NCBI GenBank assembly: GCA_964057225.1 | Contig: OZ059895.1 | Span: forward strand, 13,640,001-13,704,000 | DNA from: Auanema rhodensis | Taxonomy: Eukaryota > Animalia > Nematoda | DNA: 64,000 bases | Reading direction: 5' to 3' | Position numbers and translations under genes: made by a program | Shown: positions 1-13,137 of the stretch, piece by piece | Layout of the letters: each line of letters opens with the position of its first letter | Numbering within the stretch: the first letter of the stretch is position 1 | The notes under the pieces: model-generated | What the model saw: the letters and a program-made list of their open reading frames with translations, nothing else | Databases searched by the model: none | What the model was told of the DNA's origin: nothing

Positions 1-67
1 ACGAAAAATTTGAGAATCTTGAGAGACACAGAAGATGAGTACAGATTATTGGTGCCAGGTGATTTGG

Positions 68-3000
68 TTATAAAGTATAATCTAGTTCGTAGCGTACGTA
101 AGTATTGCGATCCGTATCCTCAACCCTAGGATATCCGGCTACCAAAGCATCTTGTGCTCCTAAGATAAGATTGTTGTAAACCTGAAAAATAAAATCGACA
201 ATATGTTTCGCATGAAAATTAAAACAAGCCTTCCAAACAGGTTCCCGAACTTTCCTGGCAGGATGCCACAAGCATTGTAAACAATATTGCAGAACCTAAA
301 CTCTCCAATAAAAATTAATCAAATGAATATATAAACCTTAATAGGGCCTAAGGAAACTCTCATGCCTTCGCAGGCAAAAACAAAACGCTGGATAAGATGA
401 GGAGAATTCTCAAGCATATTTGGCCAAACAAAGTTCAATAAGTGAAGCAAAGCATCCTCACAACCAAAACCATATACACCTACAAAAAAGATATATAAAT
501 ATTTTACGAGTCAATTTAAACCTAATGCCAAGTGAGCAACAGCATCAATAGCGATCTGTCTGTGGACTTGATCACGTTCCATTAGGGCATCGATAAGAAG
601 AGGCGTTACGGCATATATATAGTCTTTTGCCATTTCACCGATATACTAATATAGATATTAAGTGGTAAAATAACATATAAATATTTACCTCGAACATGAA
701 TGATAGTGCTTTAAGTACACCGTTTTGAACATTCATTTCGGGAACTCTGTACTCATTCATGATAGCAGGAAGAACAGTGAAAGGAGCACAGGTTTCTGCT
801 ACAATAGCTATAGCTACAGTGGTACAAACACGAAGCTGTCGTTCTTGAACTTTAAGATTATTCAGAAGAGTTGCCAAAACATCGTGAGGGCCGATAGCCT
901 ATTGAAAAACAAATAGTTTACATTCAGTTATCAGAAAATTAAAAATACCTTAGCAATATAGCCAAATGTATTAATGGCTGCCCTTCTGATGCTCTTCTTA
1001 TGAGCTTTCAACAACTCGAGTAATTCAAAACAAATACGCATCCATTCTCTTGCTGATACGAATTCTGAACCTCTATCTGCAATTGCACCGACTAAATCAA
1101 TGCAATTTTCTTGAACTTTCTCGTGTCTATTTTTCAAAATGGGAGTTAATCTGAAAGGGTGATCAAAATCAAGAAAACAAAAAGCGCTTCTTACCTAGGT
1201 AGAAGATCTTTAATAGGAGGTGTCATCTTCGTCATACCAATTACATTGCATATTGACTTGAGAGCACCAAGAATAGATCCAAGAACTTCTGGATACTCCT
1301 CGCCGAGGTATTCGTAGAGAACTAAGCCAAGATGGCTCATTAGTTTTTCTTCTTCGCAGGTATGCATTACTGGTGCAATTCTTGCTATCTGAAAAGAGGA
1401 TAATAGAAGTGTTGGCTAGAGGAACTCACTAGATCAGCAGCCTGCTGACGAACTTTAGCAGCTTTATTGTTCAAACGCCAAAGAATAGTTCCACAAATTT
1501 GAGGAAGATATTGTTTGGTGCGTCTGAAATTAACAGGTATATTATTCGAATATAAGTAACGATACATGCCTCCCTAGAGCTTTGCAAATCGTACCAAAAC
1601 CGTCTAACATTACAACATCTTCTTGTGTTTGTTCTTGGAAAGCATAGAGTATGCCTTTAACATATTGAAATAAACTAAAAACACCTTGAAACAATACCGT
1701 CTATAAGCTGCTCTTCTAAACGAGAATCAATTTCATTACCACCCTGTAGAGCTATTATATTTTCAATCGTTTCCATAACCATTTTTCTGAACAAATTGAA
1801 AATTACCACAATTTTCGATAAAATTAAAACCTATATTGTTCATTCTCATCTTTCAAATCATCTACTATTCTAGCTATCATTTCAGAGCTTCCAACTTTTG
1901 AAGCTATTTCAACAGTAGTATCAACCAATTGTCTAAAAAATGATTTATTCAAATATATAATTTTAATAAAGTACCTATAATTTCTACGATCCATTGCCAT
2001 TCTTTGATTCCAAAAAGCTCGGAAAAAACTGGGAAGAATCTCGTCACGAATGTATGATGGTTCAACACCATCGGTTGCACAACATTGTTTCACTACCTAT
2101 TAACACAGATATATTATTATTTACAAATAACAACGAACCTTCAGAACAATTTTCTTCATTTCTTCATCGGGAGACGCAAACTCTCGGATTAAAATAAGCA
2201 TGACTTCACGAGTATAATACGATGCATATTCAGCATCCATAAGCGGAATGAGATATCCAATAGCTTTCAGGAAAGCGGCAAGACCTTTTCCTCTATGCAT
2301 GCGAATACCCTATGATTTTTTTTATATATGTTTAGTTTTTGGCACTTACTTTCCAAAGAGGCTTTAACACTGAATCAAATGCTTCAATACCGTACGGAGT
2401 CGCAGCTTCAGCCAGAGCAGCAAGACATAAAGCAGTAATGGTACGCACCTTAAAAATATAATAGATGGCATAATTATTTTCGATAATACCTTTTGTTGTT
2501 CATCTTCCAGGCCTCCTTCCACAATTTCTACCAGTGCTTTCAAATGAGGCAAAACAGCGCAACCCAAAAGAATAGCCATTTGCTGAACAATTTTAATTCC
2601 TTAAAATAAAAAAGTTTTTCATAATGAGTCAATAATAAACCTGTATGCCTAGCTTGCCAACTTTTTTTACTCTTGCACACAGCTTTTAAAAAGGGCAGAA
2701 GAGCTGGTATACCAAGCGCAGAGGCAACTACAGCAAACGCACGGGCAGTTGTGTTACGCACATATCTAAACAACGTTGAATATTATTTCAATTTTGCAAA
2801 AAATTGAAAGAAACACACTCGTCAACATTATCTATGTCAGGACGCATTGTAGAAATCATTGTTGCGAGCCCAGCTGCTTTAGCTAAATTTGAAATAATTT
2901 CACGACCTAAAGATAGATATGAAATAGGCTTTCTTCAAAAACTGGACAACCCTCAACACGAGCATAGTAATCTTCATCAATCAGCAACGGCTCAATAACC

Positions 3001-5456
3001 ACCAATATTTTATGAACATAAGGTCTGACAAGATCATCAAGCTTGTACAATATTCTATCAATTACCTGAAGCAACCAAGCAACTAAAAAATACAAAACGT
3101 AATAAAACAAAATACCTTAACCATTAAATGGCGTTCCTGGTCTTCCAAAGACGGAGACATGAGAAGAGGAAGAATTTGATTAAAAAGTGGCCCTGCCCCA
3201 TATCGACGTGCATTTTCAGTTATCTAATAACTATGTTATACAGTGAAAAAAAAAGAGAGAAACTTTTCTCAGTCCACTTTTTCTCATTGGAGGAGTTCCG
3301 TTTTTTATTTTAAGCAAATGCCCCATGATTTCTCTTTCTATCAGCTCTTCTTTTGACAATGTACCTTAAAAGAAAAAAACTAAACAAATCAAGAAAAGTA
3401 CTTCAGTACTTTCATCAACGTCCATTAAAAGTTTGTCGAAATATTGCATATCGTCAGGTTTCAGGGGTGGCAGTTCTGGATTTTTAGGTTGAGTATCTAC
3501 GATTCCCCCAACTCCTAAAACTGGCATAATAAAGATTCATCGTTTTCAGCTTTAAACCTTTCTCTCCTACTCCTTCTCTGTCCGGTGTTCCTTGCATGGT
3601 AAATCCAGCTAATCCACCCATAGGAGTTGGAGTAGCCATAAGTTTATGAGAAGGTGTTCTATGAGGAACATATCCAGCAGGTTGAGGAAGAATCTAAAAC
3701 AGCATTACTTATACAACAAACATCAAAATCAAAATGAACCTTATAGCCTGCAGGGAACAAAGCATCAAGCTCCTCGTCACTCAATGGTTTATTTCTATCG
3801 TCAATCTCTTGATTCCATCTAAAAAATATTCTATGACAATTTTCGAATTTGACAAATCACCTATATATTTGCATTTGATCTGGAGTCATTGGAATTTGAA
3901 CGGCTGGAGTCTTCATTCCCATTGCTGCAGCTCCCATAGGCGTAGCTCCTCCAGGAGTCATCATTTGCTGTAGAAAAACAATTCAGTACATCTTAAATTA
4001 GAAACAAAACCGGTGTAGCTCCAGAATGGCTTGGGGTGAATGATGGGGTTTGAGCACCCGGAGGCAAAGTTGTTGTAGGTGTTTGAGCCGGTGTCAGATC
4101 CCAACGAGAACGTCTCTTCGAAGCCGAAGGTGTATCTTCTATCTGTTCAATAGGATATTTTGAACTAGAAATAAAAAATGAAAAACCTTAATATCATCAC
4201 TACCACGTGCAGGAGTTTCCATTCCCCAACCAGGTGTCATACCCCCATCTCTCACGCTTTCTTTAGGTGTTTCATCCCATCGATTCCTTCTACCCGGAGT
4301 TTGAGCGGCCGGTGTGGAGTCCCATCTGAAGCCAATATATGTAACAAAGTTGAATGAAACTTTTACCTATTCGCTGAAGGGGTTGCAGCAGTGGCACTGT
4401 GCGATGGAGTTTCATCCCAGCGACCAACATGAGGAGTAGCAGCCTAAATCGCAAGCTACAGAGAGTGAAACGTAAGTTTCCTACCTCAGCACTAATACTG
4501 GAAGAAATGCCTAAACGTTTCCGAGGAGCATTGCTTGCGGTAGAGCTAGATTCATTTTTCACGCTGCCTAATGCCTAAAACAAACTTACAAAAATTACAA
4601 ACTGACATGAAATACCTCAGAAACAGAATCATCCCAACGACCCTTTTTTTTATCTGGTCCAACAACTTTAAGATCTCCGGATTGTGCTAAATCCGCGATT
4701 TCTTTATCTACACGAGCCTTTTCTTCTTGATATTGTCGTTCTTTCATAATTTGAGCATGATCACGATTTCGAACATCGGGAGTACGATCAACTACAAAAA
4801 ATTCATACAATCAGTTCATGATTAAAAAAAATACCAAACGCATCAACTCGATCAGGTGATATTTGTAGCTTTCGAGCTCTTTGTTGATATTGAGACTGTC
4901 TTTCTACAATTGTTTTAGTACGAGTTTCAGCAAAGGGATCATGCTCCTTAAGAAAAATAAAATTAAAGCATTTCCAAAAAAAAATTACGTCAGAGTCTTT
5001 TGCTACTTCATTTAAAAATTTAGCAGGAGCAGCATAAGCATTTGGCTTTTTAGGGACAAGTACATCTTCCTCATCGTCATCGTCGCCATCACCTAAGGAG
5101 GACGTTTAAATGAGTAGTATGTGAAGAAAATAAACCTGCACTGATGGAAGAAACATACTTATCTCCTCTGTTGCCACGTACACTTCCGTACACATCCTGA
5201 AATATTAAATAAATAGCACACTGATTGAATTAAAAATAATACACTATCGTATTGACCAGCTTGTCCAAACTTTGCCTTATTCATACTCATATTTTCATCT
5301 TCCTCTTCCTCCTCATCAATAGGCCGCTTCTGTTGCAAATTCATAGCGTAAGCAGCTGCTTCTTTAAAGAAAATAATATAATATAAAGCGTATACTGCAC
5401 GAATGGCAGCATGCTCAAGTTAGCATACCTTCAGCAGACTGATTATGTCGGGACAT
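68..5456 (-). CDS. SF3B1 (sftb-1): Splicing factor 3B subunit 1 (multi-exon)
   Basis: Exons encode RWDETP repeats, [37 protein letters not shown] and the C-terminal [11 protein letters not shown] at 5456 (MSRHNQSAE) follows a TTTTCAG acceptor at ~5473-5479. Confidence 0.97.
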
Positions 5457-5814
5457 TTCAGAAGTTTAATAACTGAAAAATATGCAGCAAATACTAAAAT
5501 AATGTAATAACTTTATACGATAAATCTTTTCAGCATAAAATTTTTAAAATTTAACATTATAATGCTTATACAAAAAAATTATATATATAGAAAACCAATC
5601 TTGATAGACGCATTTAACTATAAATTCGAAAACCGAGTATACGTCAGCACTGCTTCTTGCGCAAAATATGTGTTAAACGAGGAACATGGATGGCCTCAAC
5701 AACATGCTAGTATCTAAGTAACGTGCAGTTTGTAATTAAAGACGACGTCTTGAGCAGAAACAAACAATTAGAATAGATATTTATTAAGAATAAATATAAA
5801 TATTTCGAATAATG

Positions 5815-6731
5815 ACATGAGAGCAATTAAAGCAAACTGTGATATGTTATAAATTATAGTGTTACGCCTTGACTAACTAAACCTTTGTCCAAAAAGCGTT
5901 TTCTCGCAAAACAGAGCCACCACTACAAGAAAGAAATTATTAGCACAAAAATAGAATGAAAACTCACTTTACTGGGTTTTTGAGCAGGATCAGGAAAAGT
6001 TAGTTCACATAATCTCATTCCTAATTCCTGCCGTAACTGTTGTAAATATGCTCTCATTGTCTCTTCTTCTTGTTTATTAGCAGGAGGCTAAATTCTTAAT
6101 CTTATTAGACGTATCTAAATTTGAAGTAATTACCTTGTACATACTATTTAAAGGAAAATCGGCTTCACCGGGAATTGGTAATTGATGATTTAGTGCTAAC
6201 GCTGCTAAATCTTTCTGCCCAGAAATTTTGTTGGCACTCTGTAGAAAACTTATATATCTGTTATCTCTTATAATCACTTACTCGACATAATTTTCTCAAA
6301 CATTCCGTTATGTACAATGTTAGATATATGAGAGTACGATCTGATGCATTTTTGATTTCAAACTCTCGGAAAAAAATATTTGGCTTGAAATAGTGAAGTG
6401 CTTCGTCAATTATATCTTCACCATCAGTTTCTGAAGATTGGATCTATTAAACATATAAAAGATTCTACAACTTGGAGCAGGTCCTTTTATATTTGTTCTC
6501 AACGGTAATAACCCCATATTTCCAACTGTTAAGGAAGCATCGAATTTGGAATGATACGCCTGAAGAAATCCAAAATAAAGTAGAAATAAATGTGCAAACT
6601 CACTGGCATTGTTGTCAAAATGGTGCACAAAATAGCTTAAATTTTACATGTTAAACAACATAAAAGAATAGTTTAAGATAACGAAACGGATTCTCCATTT
6701 TAAGAACTTTCTTATATAATCAATCATTTAT
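5815..6731. repeat. ~0.92-kb direct duplication containing the whole ARPC3 gene (partner at ~8653-9572)
   Basis: Constant 2838-bp offset; I saw two internal substitutions plus small differences at the edges. Confidence 0.93.
5854..6609 (-). CDS. ARPC3 (arx-5): Arp2/3 complex subunit 3 (p21-Arc), copy 1
   Basis: MP|AYHSKFD...[31 protein letters not shown] and [16 protein letters not shown] across short introns. Confidence 0.95.
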
Positions 6732-6807
6732 GAAAACATAAATGATAAAAGCTCATAAATAATTAGTATATATATTTGTTCATTTAAAGTAGAGAAAGAT
6801 GTTTTAA

Positions 6808-8293
6808 TTATATGTAATCCATAGTTTCCATCTCATCTTTTGTAGGTACTGTTGGTGGTCTCAAAAATGCATTATCATAAACCTTAAAAATCATATCGAC
6901 ATATTTTGATATATTATTGCAGCTTGCCTGGTCTTCCCCTCCATGAGCAATAGTTTGTTGAATACGTTGATCATTATTAGCGGTTTCTGGACTTTCATCA
7001 TCCTAGAACAGAAAGGAATGACTTAATTAACGCAGCTCAGAGCCCCACCTGCATTTCATCCGAAACCAGAGTGGATAAGTACGGCCTGGTTTCCAATGAA
7101 GGATCAAGAACTATAATAGAAAAGTAAGTAACAGATAAAGTATAAGAACCTGAGCAAAATGGAGGCATCCATCTGAGAATAATACTTGTTTCTGTTTCTT
7201 CTAATTCAAAACCATCATTCTCCTCTTCTTCACTATCAGATAATATTCGCGGTTCCTAATATTTACATAATATTATTAAGAAAGCAAAGAGTAAAACCTC
7301 ATTGTTAGAATCTTCAAGAAAATCATCAATAAGCTGATCGGGAAGTATATCGTTAGTTTTTAACGATTTTTGGTTTTTTTCTGCTACCTGAATTTGAAAA
7401 TATAAAACAAATTATTCAAAACGTATCAAACTAACCCGAGCTTGTTTTCGTGCTATTTTTCTAGCTTCTTTTTGCTTTTCTCTATCATTCATCTGAAAAA
7501 TTAGAAAATAAAGACTGAGAATTTCACATTGACTTACAGCTCTAGAAGCTTCATCTTTTAGCTTAGCTTCATATTCACGAAACAAACTTGTTCTAGGATG
7601 CACACGGAGCATAAAATTGATCAAAGAAGTTTCTATTAAAAAAAGTTAATATTTTCAAAACAGTATTTAAACCTGTATCTCTTTTTCGTTGGGATGCTAG
7701 TTCTCGAACTCTTTCATAGGAAGTATCAGGCTCTCCTGAAATCTAAAAAGGGTCAAGAAATCCATATTAACTAACTTCTGTTCTAATATAAGTATGAGGG
7801 TCAGGAAAAGGAGGCAAAAATTCGTTAACATGTTGAGGATGCGGACGGCATCTTCCAACTCGTAGAGGAGCATTATTTTGTAGAGGAGGCTGAATCTTGG
7901 CTGAATATTTATAAAAATTAGTCAATTAATTTTTTCCAACTAACGTGGTGGAATAACTAAAGTTCCTGTAGATATAGCTTCCAGGAAAGTAGGCAACTTT
8001 GTAACATCACTTCCCATATTTATAAGAGCTAGCCAAACATCAGTAGGTATAACAACGGTTCTACCAGCTATTTCACAGTTAAGAGATGCATTAGCACATA
8101 TAGAGTTCAAATCTTCAAAAAAAAATTTACGGAGACTACATGCAACCTATTTACAGCTTGTCATTAAATGTGTTATCATTTCTAATAGCCCTGATTCAGC
8201 GGCATCAAAACCATTTGTGAAACAAATAGCTGCAGCACATTGTTGAAGAACCTTCCTATAAACAGTAGAAGCGGCAACAGGTGGATAACTCAT
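6808..8293 (-). CDS. TAF8 (taf-8): TFIID subunit TAF8
   Basis: N-terminal histone-fold-like segment YRKVLQQCAAAICFTNGF...EIAGRTVVIPTDVWLAL, the TAF8 motif HVNEFLPPFPDPHTYIRT, and NPYL near the C-terminus. Confidence 0.9.
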
Positions 8294-8691
8294 ATTTATT
8301 TTCCTAAACAAATTTGAATTAATCAAAACTTTTTATGTTAACTATATTTCGGCGTAAATACAAACAATATATACACAGACGTCGAATCAAAAACATTAAA
8401 GGTACCAATTCGGAAAACTACACTGATACCTTGAGAAATGTTTTTAAAGCTTCATATTGATTTGAGCTAATGAAATGGAATCTTAGAAAAATTGAATAAC
8501 GCAATTAATTATGTTGCACTAATTATATTTTTATCATAATGTCATGGAAAATCCGTTTTTCATTGATAACATAACGTTGAATAATTTATTTGTTTTAAAG
8601 TAAAAAGAAACTGTAAAAGAGGTAAAAATGGTTACAAGCACATTGAATAATCACATGAGAAAAATTAAAGCAAACTGTGATATGTTATAAA

Positions 8692-9447
8692 TTATAGTGT
8701 TACGCCTTGACTAACTAAACCTTTGTCCAAAAAGCGTTTTCTCGCAAAACAGAGCCACCACTACAAGAAAGAAATTATTAGCACAAAAATAGAATGAAAA
8801 CTCACTTTACTGGGTTTTTGAGCAGGATCAGGAAAAGTTAGTTCACATAATCTCATTCCTAATTCCTGCCGTAACTGCTGTAAATATGCTCTCATTGTCT
8901 CTTCTTCTTGTTTATTAGCAGGAGGCTAAATTCTTAATCTTATTAGACGTATCTAAATTTGAAGTAATTACCTTGTACATACTATTTAAAGGAAAATCGG
9001 CTTCACCGGGAATTGGTAATTGATGATTTAGTGCTAACGCTGCTAAATCTTTCTGCCCAGAAATTTTGTTGGCACTCTGTAGAAAACTTATATATCTGTT
9101 ATCTCTTATAATCACTTACTCGACATAATTTTCTCAAACATTCCGTTATGTACAATGTTAGATATATGAGAGTACGATCTGATGCATTTTTGATTTCAAA
9201 CTCTCGGAAAAAAATATTTGGCTTGAAATAGTGAAGTGCTTCGTCAATTATATCTTCACCATCAGTTTCTGAAGATTGGATCTATTAAACATATAAAAGA
9301 TTCTACAACTTGGAGCAGGTCCTTTTATATTTGTTCTCAACGGTAATAACCCCATATTTCCAACTGTTAAGGAAGCATCGAATTTGGAATGATACGCCTG
9401 AAGAAATCCAAAATGAAGTAGAAATAAATGTGCAAACTCACTGGCAT
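8692..9447 (-). CDS. ARPC3 (arx-5): Arp2/3 complex subunit 3 (p21-Arc), copy 2
   Basis: Near-identical to 5854-6609 at offset 2838 bp. Confidence 0.95.
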
Positions 9448-9619
9448 TGTTGTCAAAATGGTGCACAAAATAGCTTAAATTTTACATGTTAAACAACATA
9501 AAAGAATAGTTTAAGATAACGAAACGGATTCTCCATTTTAAGAACTTTCTTATATAATCATCAATCATTTATATTGTACATCACTTCCTCATAAAATTTC
9601 TCATTTACAAACTGTTATA

Positions 9620-10110
9620 CTATGAAACATTGCTTTTCAAACTTATTTGCTCCGAAAACGATTGCTTCGATAAATTTATATAATCTACTGGTGATATAGT
9701 TAACATTGACACCCATTTCTCCAATCCTTTGAAATTTTCAGCAGCAAAAACAAAACTACGACCAGTGCTAAAGTACGGAGTTAGAAAAACAAATTGTACA
9801 TTGTACTCACGTTTTAAACTTAATTTCAAATGTAAAATCCTTGCCTATTTTGTTCTCATCACACAACTCAATAAAACAATCTTCAATAATCAATATTTGA
9901 AAGGGTTCTTCTTCATTTTCCTTATTGTACACGAACAAAAGATTGTCCTTTAAAACACCATAGCATGGTCTCCATCGGAAATCCTATAATTAATTGTTTT
10001 TGTTTTAATGCTCTTGTACCAGCAAGTGCCATGAGGACAACTGTTCTAAGCTCTTGATGTAAGAAGACGTCTATTAAATTTATTTAATCAAGATTTAGAA
10101 CTTTGCAACT
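9620..10110 (-). CDS. Sesquipedalin (PHETA/FAM109)-like PH-domain protein; 5' end uncertain
   Basis: Exon DFRWRPCYGVLKDNLLFVY...ILIIEDCFIELCDE...FTFEIKF splices to GRSFVFAAENFKGLEKWVSML...VDYINL. Confidence 0.75.
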
Positions 10111-10251
10111 CATTTCAACACTCTCGACTGATGAAAATTTTTTTTGTTCATTTATTTACCTGTTGCAATTGTAGGTTTCCACAGAATCGTTTCTCGTGAG
10201 CAGGACTGTGTGCTAGCAGATATAGCGAATTAAGATTAGCGAGCATTTTCT

Positions 10252-12828
10252 ATGATGATTATCTATGCTATCATATGGCTATTAACAACACTTCAGTTTT
10301 CAATACAAGAGCCACAGAGTCAGAATATAAAATGGGAAAATACAGCGATGCAGGTTTGTACATGAAATATTTATTTGTTTCACCCATATTTCAAGATCGA
10401 GCTTTGTGAGAACGACAATGGACGATTGCATTATCAAGTTTTTCGTAATCAAAATAACAACACGTGCCACAAGAAGTTAGGAAAAGCAAAATACATGAAT
10501 TCTATTAACTCAACAGGGTTAGTAAAATTATGAATTGCTTTTTTTGAGTTAGAGATAGAAAAAAATATGAGAAAGTACACCACATTCGAAAGTAACAGGA
10601 CTAAGAACAATCATTTGTATAATGCTTTTAACAAATTTAGAATTTAGCATATGACTATAACGCAAGTTTAAATAATATGTAGCTTATGACTAAGAGGCGC
10701 ACGCTTGATCCTTTCTTGAATCGATACAGTAATCTCATATATACGTGAACGATGTTTCACGTATTTTCTTTACGATAAAAAAAGCATATTAGTGAATTTC
10801 ATGGCAAATTTGCCAATAAGTAAAATAATATAAAAATAAGTTCATAATATATTTAGATGGGCGTTTTTGGAGGTGGAAATATTCAATGACGATTCACTTG
10901 ATTTTCAAGGATACATCGCTGGTTTTTTGGAAGGTATTGTTTGTTTCTTTGAAGTTACAACTTTTGCATATTAGGAATCATTACAAAAGACTTAATCGAG
11001 CTGCATATCCGAAATACTGTAACCGGTTACTGTGATGGTGCCACTGCTTATTGTCGACGTCTGAACAAATTTCTTCAGAAAAATGTAGAATGGATGCTTG
11101 AGAGCATTAAACATAACCCAGATGACGAATATTGGCAACAGGTTAGTATATGTAGCATGTATCTCACGCAATAACAAATTATAGGTTAGCTTAACTCTTC
11201 ATCAAGTTTTTGGTATGATTGACGGCTATGAAGGGGTTTTGAATCAGCAACTGTCTGCTCAAGATCTTGTGGCCCATCCTATATAGTAGAGCTAAATTTT
11301 TGATTCCTCACTAGTAATGTGTTTTTAGTCTCATCCAGCTAGCTGGTGATTTGGAAGATTTGTCAGAAAAATTTAAAAAACCGGAAAACCCTAATCGTTT
11401 AAGAACTGGTCACGGTAGATGCTCCGCATTAGTGAAAGTATTCAAACATAGTCTTACTTTAAACAAAAACACAATTTCAGATGTTAGCAGATTTTTCGGA
11501 TATATACTTCTCACATGTGACATGGACATCTTATTCAACTTTACTGCGAATGCAAAAGAAATATATTTTTAAATCTAATGATCCTGGTAAAGCGTACAGT
11601 TTCAGTAGTTACCCAGGTATGCATGAGATCGTTATTTCATGAATGATAGTATTTGAGCTTCGGTGACGTCTACTGATGATTTTATTATTACATCTTCAAA
11701 ATTAGCTATATTTGAAACCACAATTGGGAATTACAACAAACATTTATATGAATACACTACTCCAGAAACTGTTCTTACATATATTCGTAGTCAGGCAAGT
11801 TATATAAGAGGGGCAATAATTAAAATTGTGTTAGGTTGCGCATAGAACTGCTTCTTCCGGAATCGAATGGGCTCATGCATTTGCAAAATATAACAGTGGA
11901 ACATATAACAATCAATGGGTTATTCTTGATTATAAAAAATTCAAAAGATATTCACCTAACCAAGAACGACATGGTTTGCTGCATGTATTAGAGCAACTAC
12001 CGTATAGAATATGTACTTGATTATTGCGAATTATTATATTTTTAGTCACCATATAGTTCATGCTGATATGACAGCGCATTTGTACAACTCATCTTATTGG
12101 CCGAGCTATAATTGCCCGTTAGTTGTACTTTGAGCTTCTGTATGCATTGTTCATTCTTCCAGATTTTTCCCTCAGATATTTAAATGGAGTGGTACTCCTG
12201 CTATGGTGGAACGATATGGTGATTGGTATAGGTAAAGAAAAAGGTTATATATATTTTTTAAAAAATAAATGCTTCAGCTACGAAAAAACTCCGAGATCTT
12301 TAATATTTAAAAGAGATCACGTCAAAGTTCGAAATATGAAATCTATGATTAACTTAATGAGGTTTTTTATTATGGTTTTAAAATTACGCCATCCTTGACA
12401 GATCCAATAATTTCACGAAGGATCCTCTTTCTGCATGCGATTGTAATCCACCATATTCGGGAGAAAACGCTATTTCCTGTCGCAGTGAGTTGAACGATCC
12501 AGATGGTGACTATCCTTTCCCTGCATTGGGTTATAGAGATCATGGCGCTACTGATATGAAGGTTTATTTTATATCTGGACTGCTAATTTCATAACAGAAG
12601 GATTATCATTAGGTAACCAACAGCTTCCTTGTGGAAAATTTAGCATTTACTGCTATCTCTGGTCCGACCCATGACCCAACTCCTGTCTTTGATTGGAATA
12701 CAATTTCTATCCGTGATAAAGTACCTCACTACGGACAACCGGATGTCTGGAAGTAAGATAGTTTCGCTTATAGATTTCAAATAGGAATGTATTTCAGTTT
12801 CAAGCCAGTTACATTCAAATGGAAATAA
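10252..12828 (+). CDS. PLBD2-like: Phospholipase B-like protein (PLBD family, Ntn-hydrolase)
   Basis: Signal peptide MMIIYAIIWLL; GHGRCSALVK (N-terminal nucleophile Cys); FSSYPG, FETTIG, YNSGTYNNQW, HGATDMK, SGPTH motifs. Confidence 0.92.
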
Positions 12829-13137
12829 CAATTTATATGATCTTTGATGTGCTTTGTACAATTTATCATAATTTTATCTCATTATTGTTTTACTTCGTAA
12901 TTTCAAATAAAATTGCTTTAAATGTCTAAATTGAAACAACTAGGAGAAATATCGATAGCAGTTCGATATAAGGGCTTTTTTCGTTAGCTTTGGTGGCGAG
13001 TCTTATTGATTTCGAAGCTGTGAGCGAGAGGGCGGAGCAGGTCTCATCCTTAACCACTTCTGTTGACCTCACGCAGTACATCGATCTAATCAGTTATATT
13101 CCTTACTATTTAGCGATTTAATCGAGACTTGAATGAA

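Noticed and set aside
12930-13137. X-box expected upstream of the ciliary gene CFAP410
   Set aside because: The best candidate (GTCTCATCCTTAAC) fits the consensus poorly.
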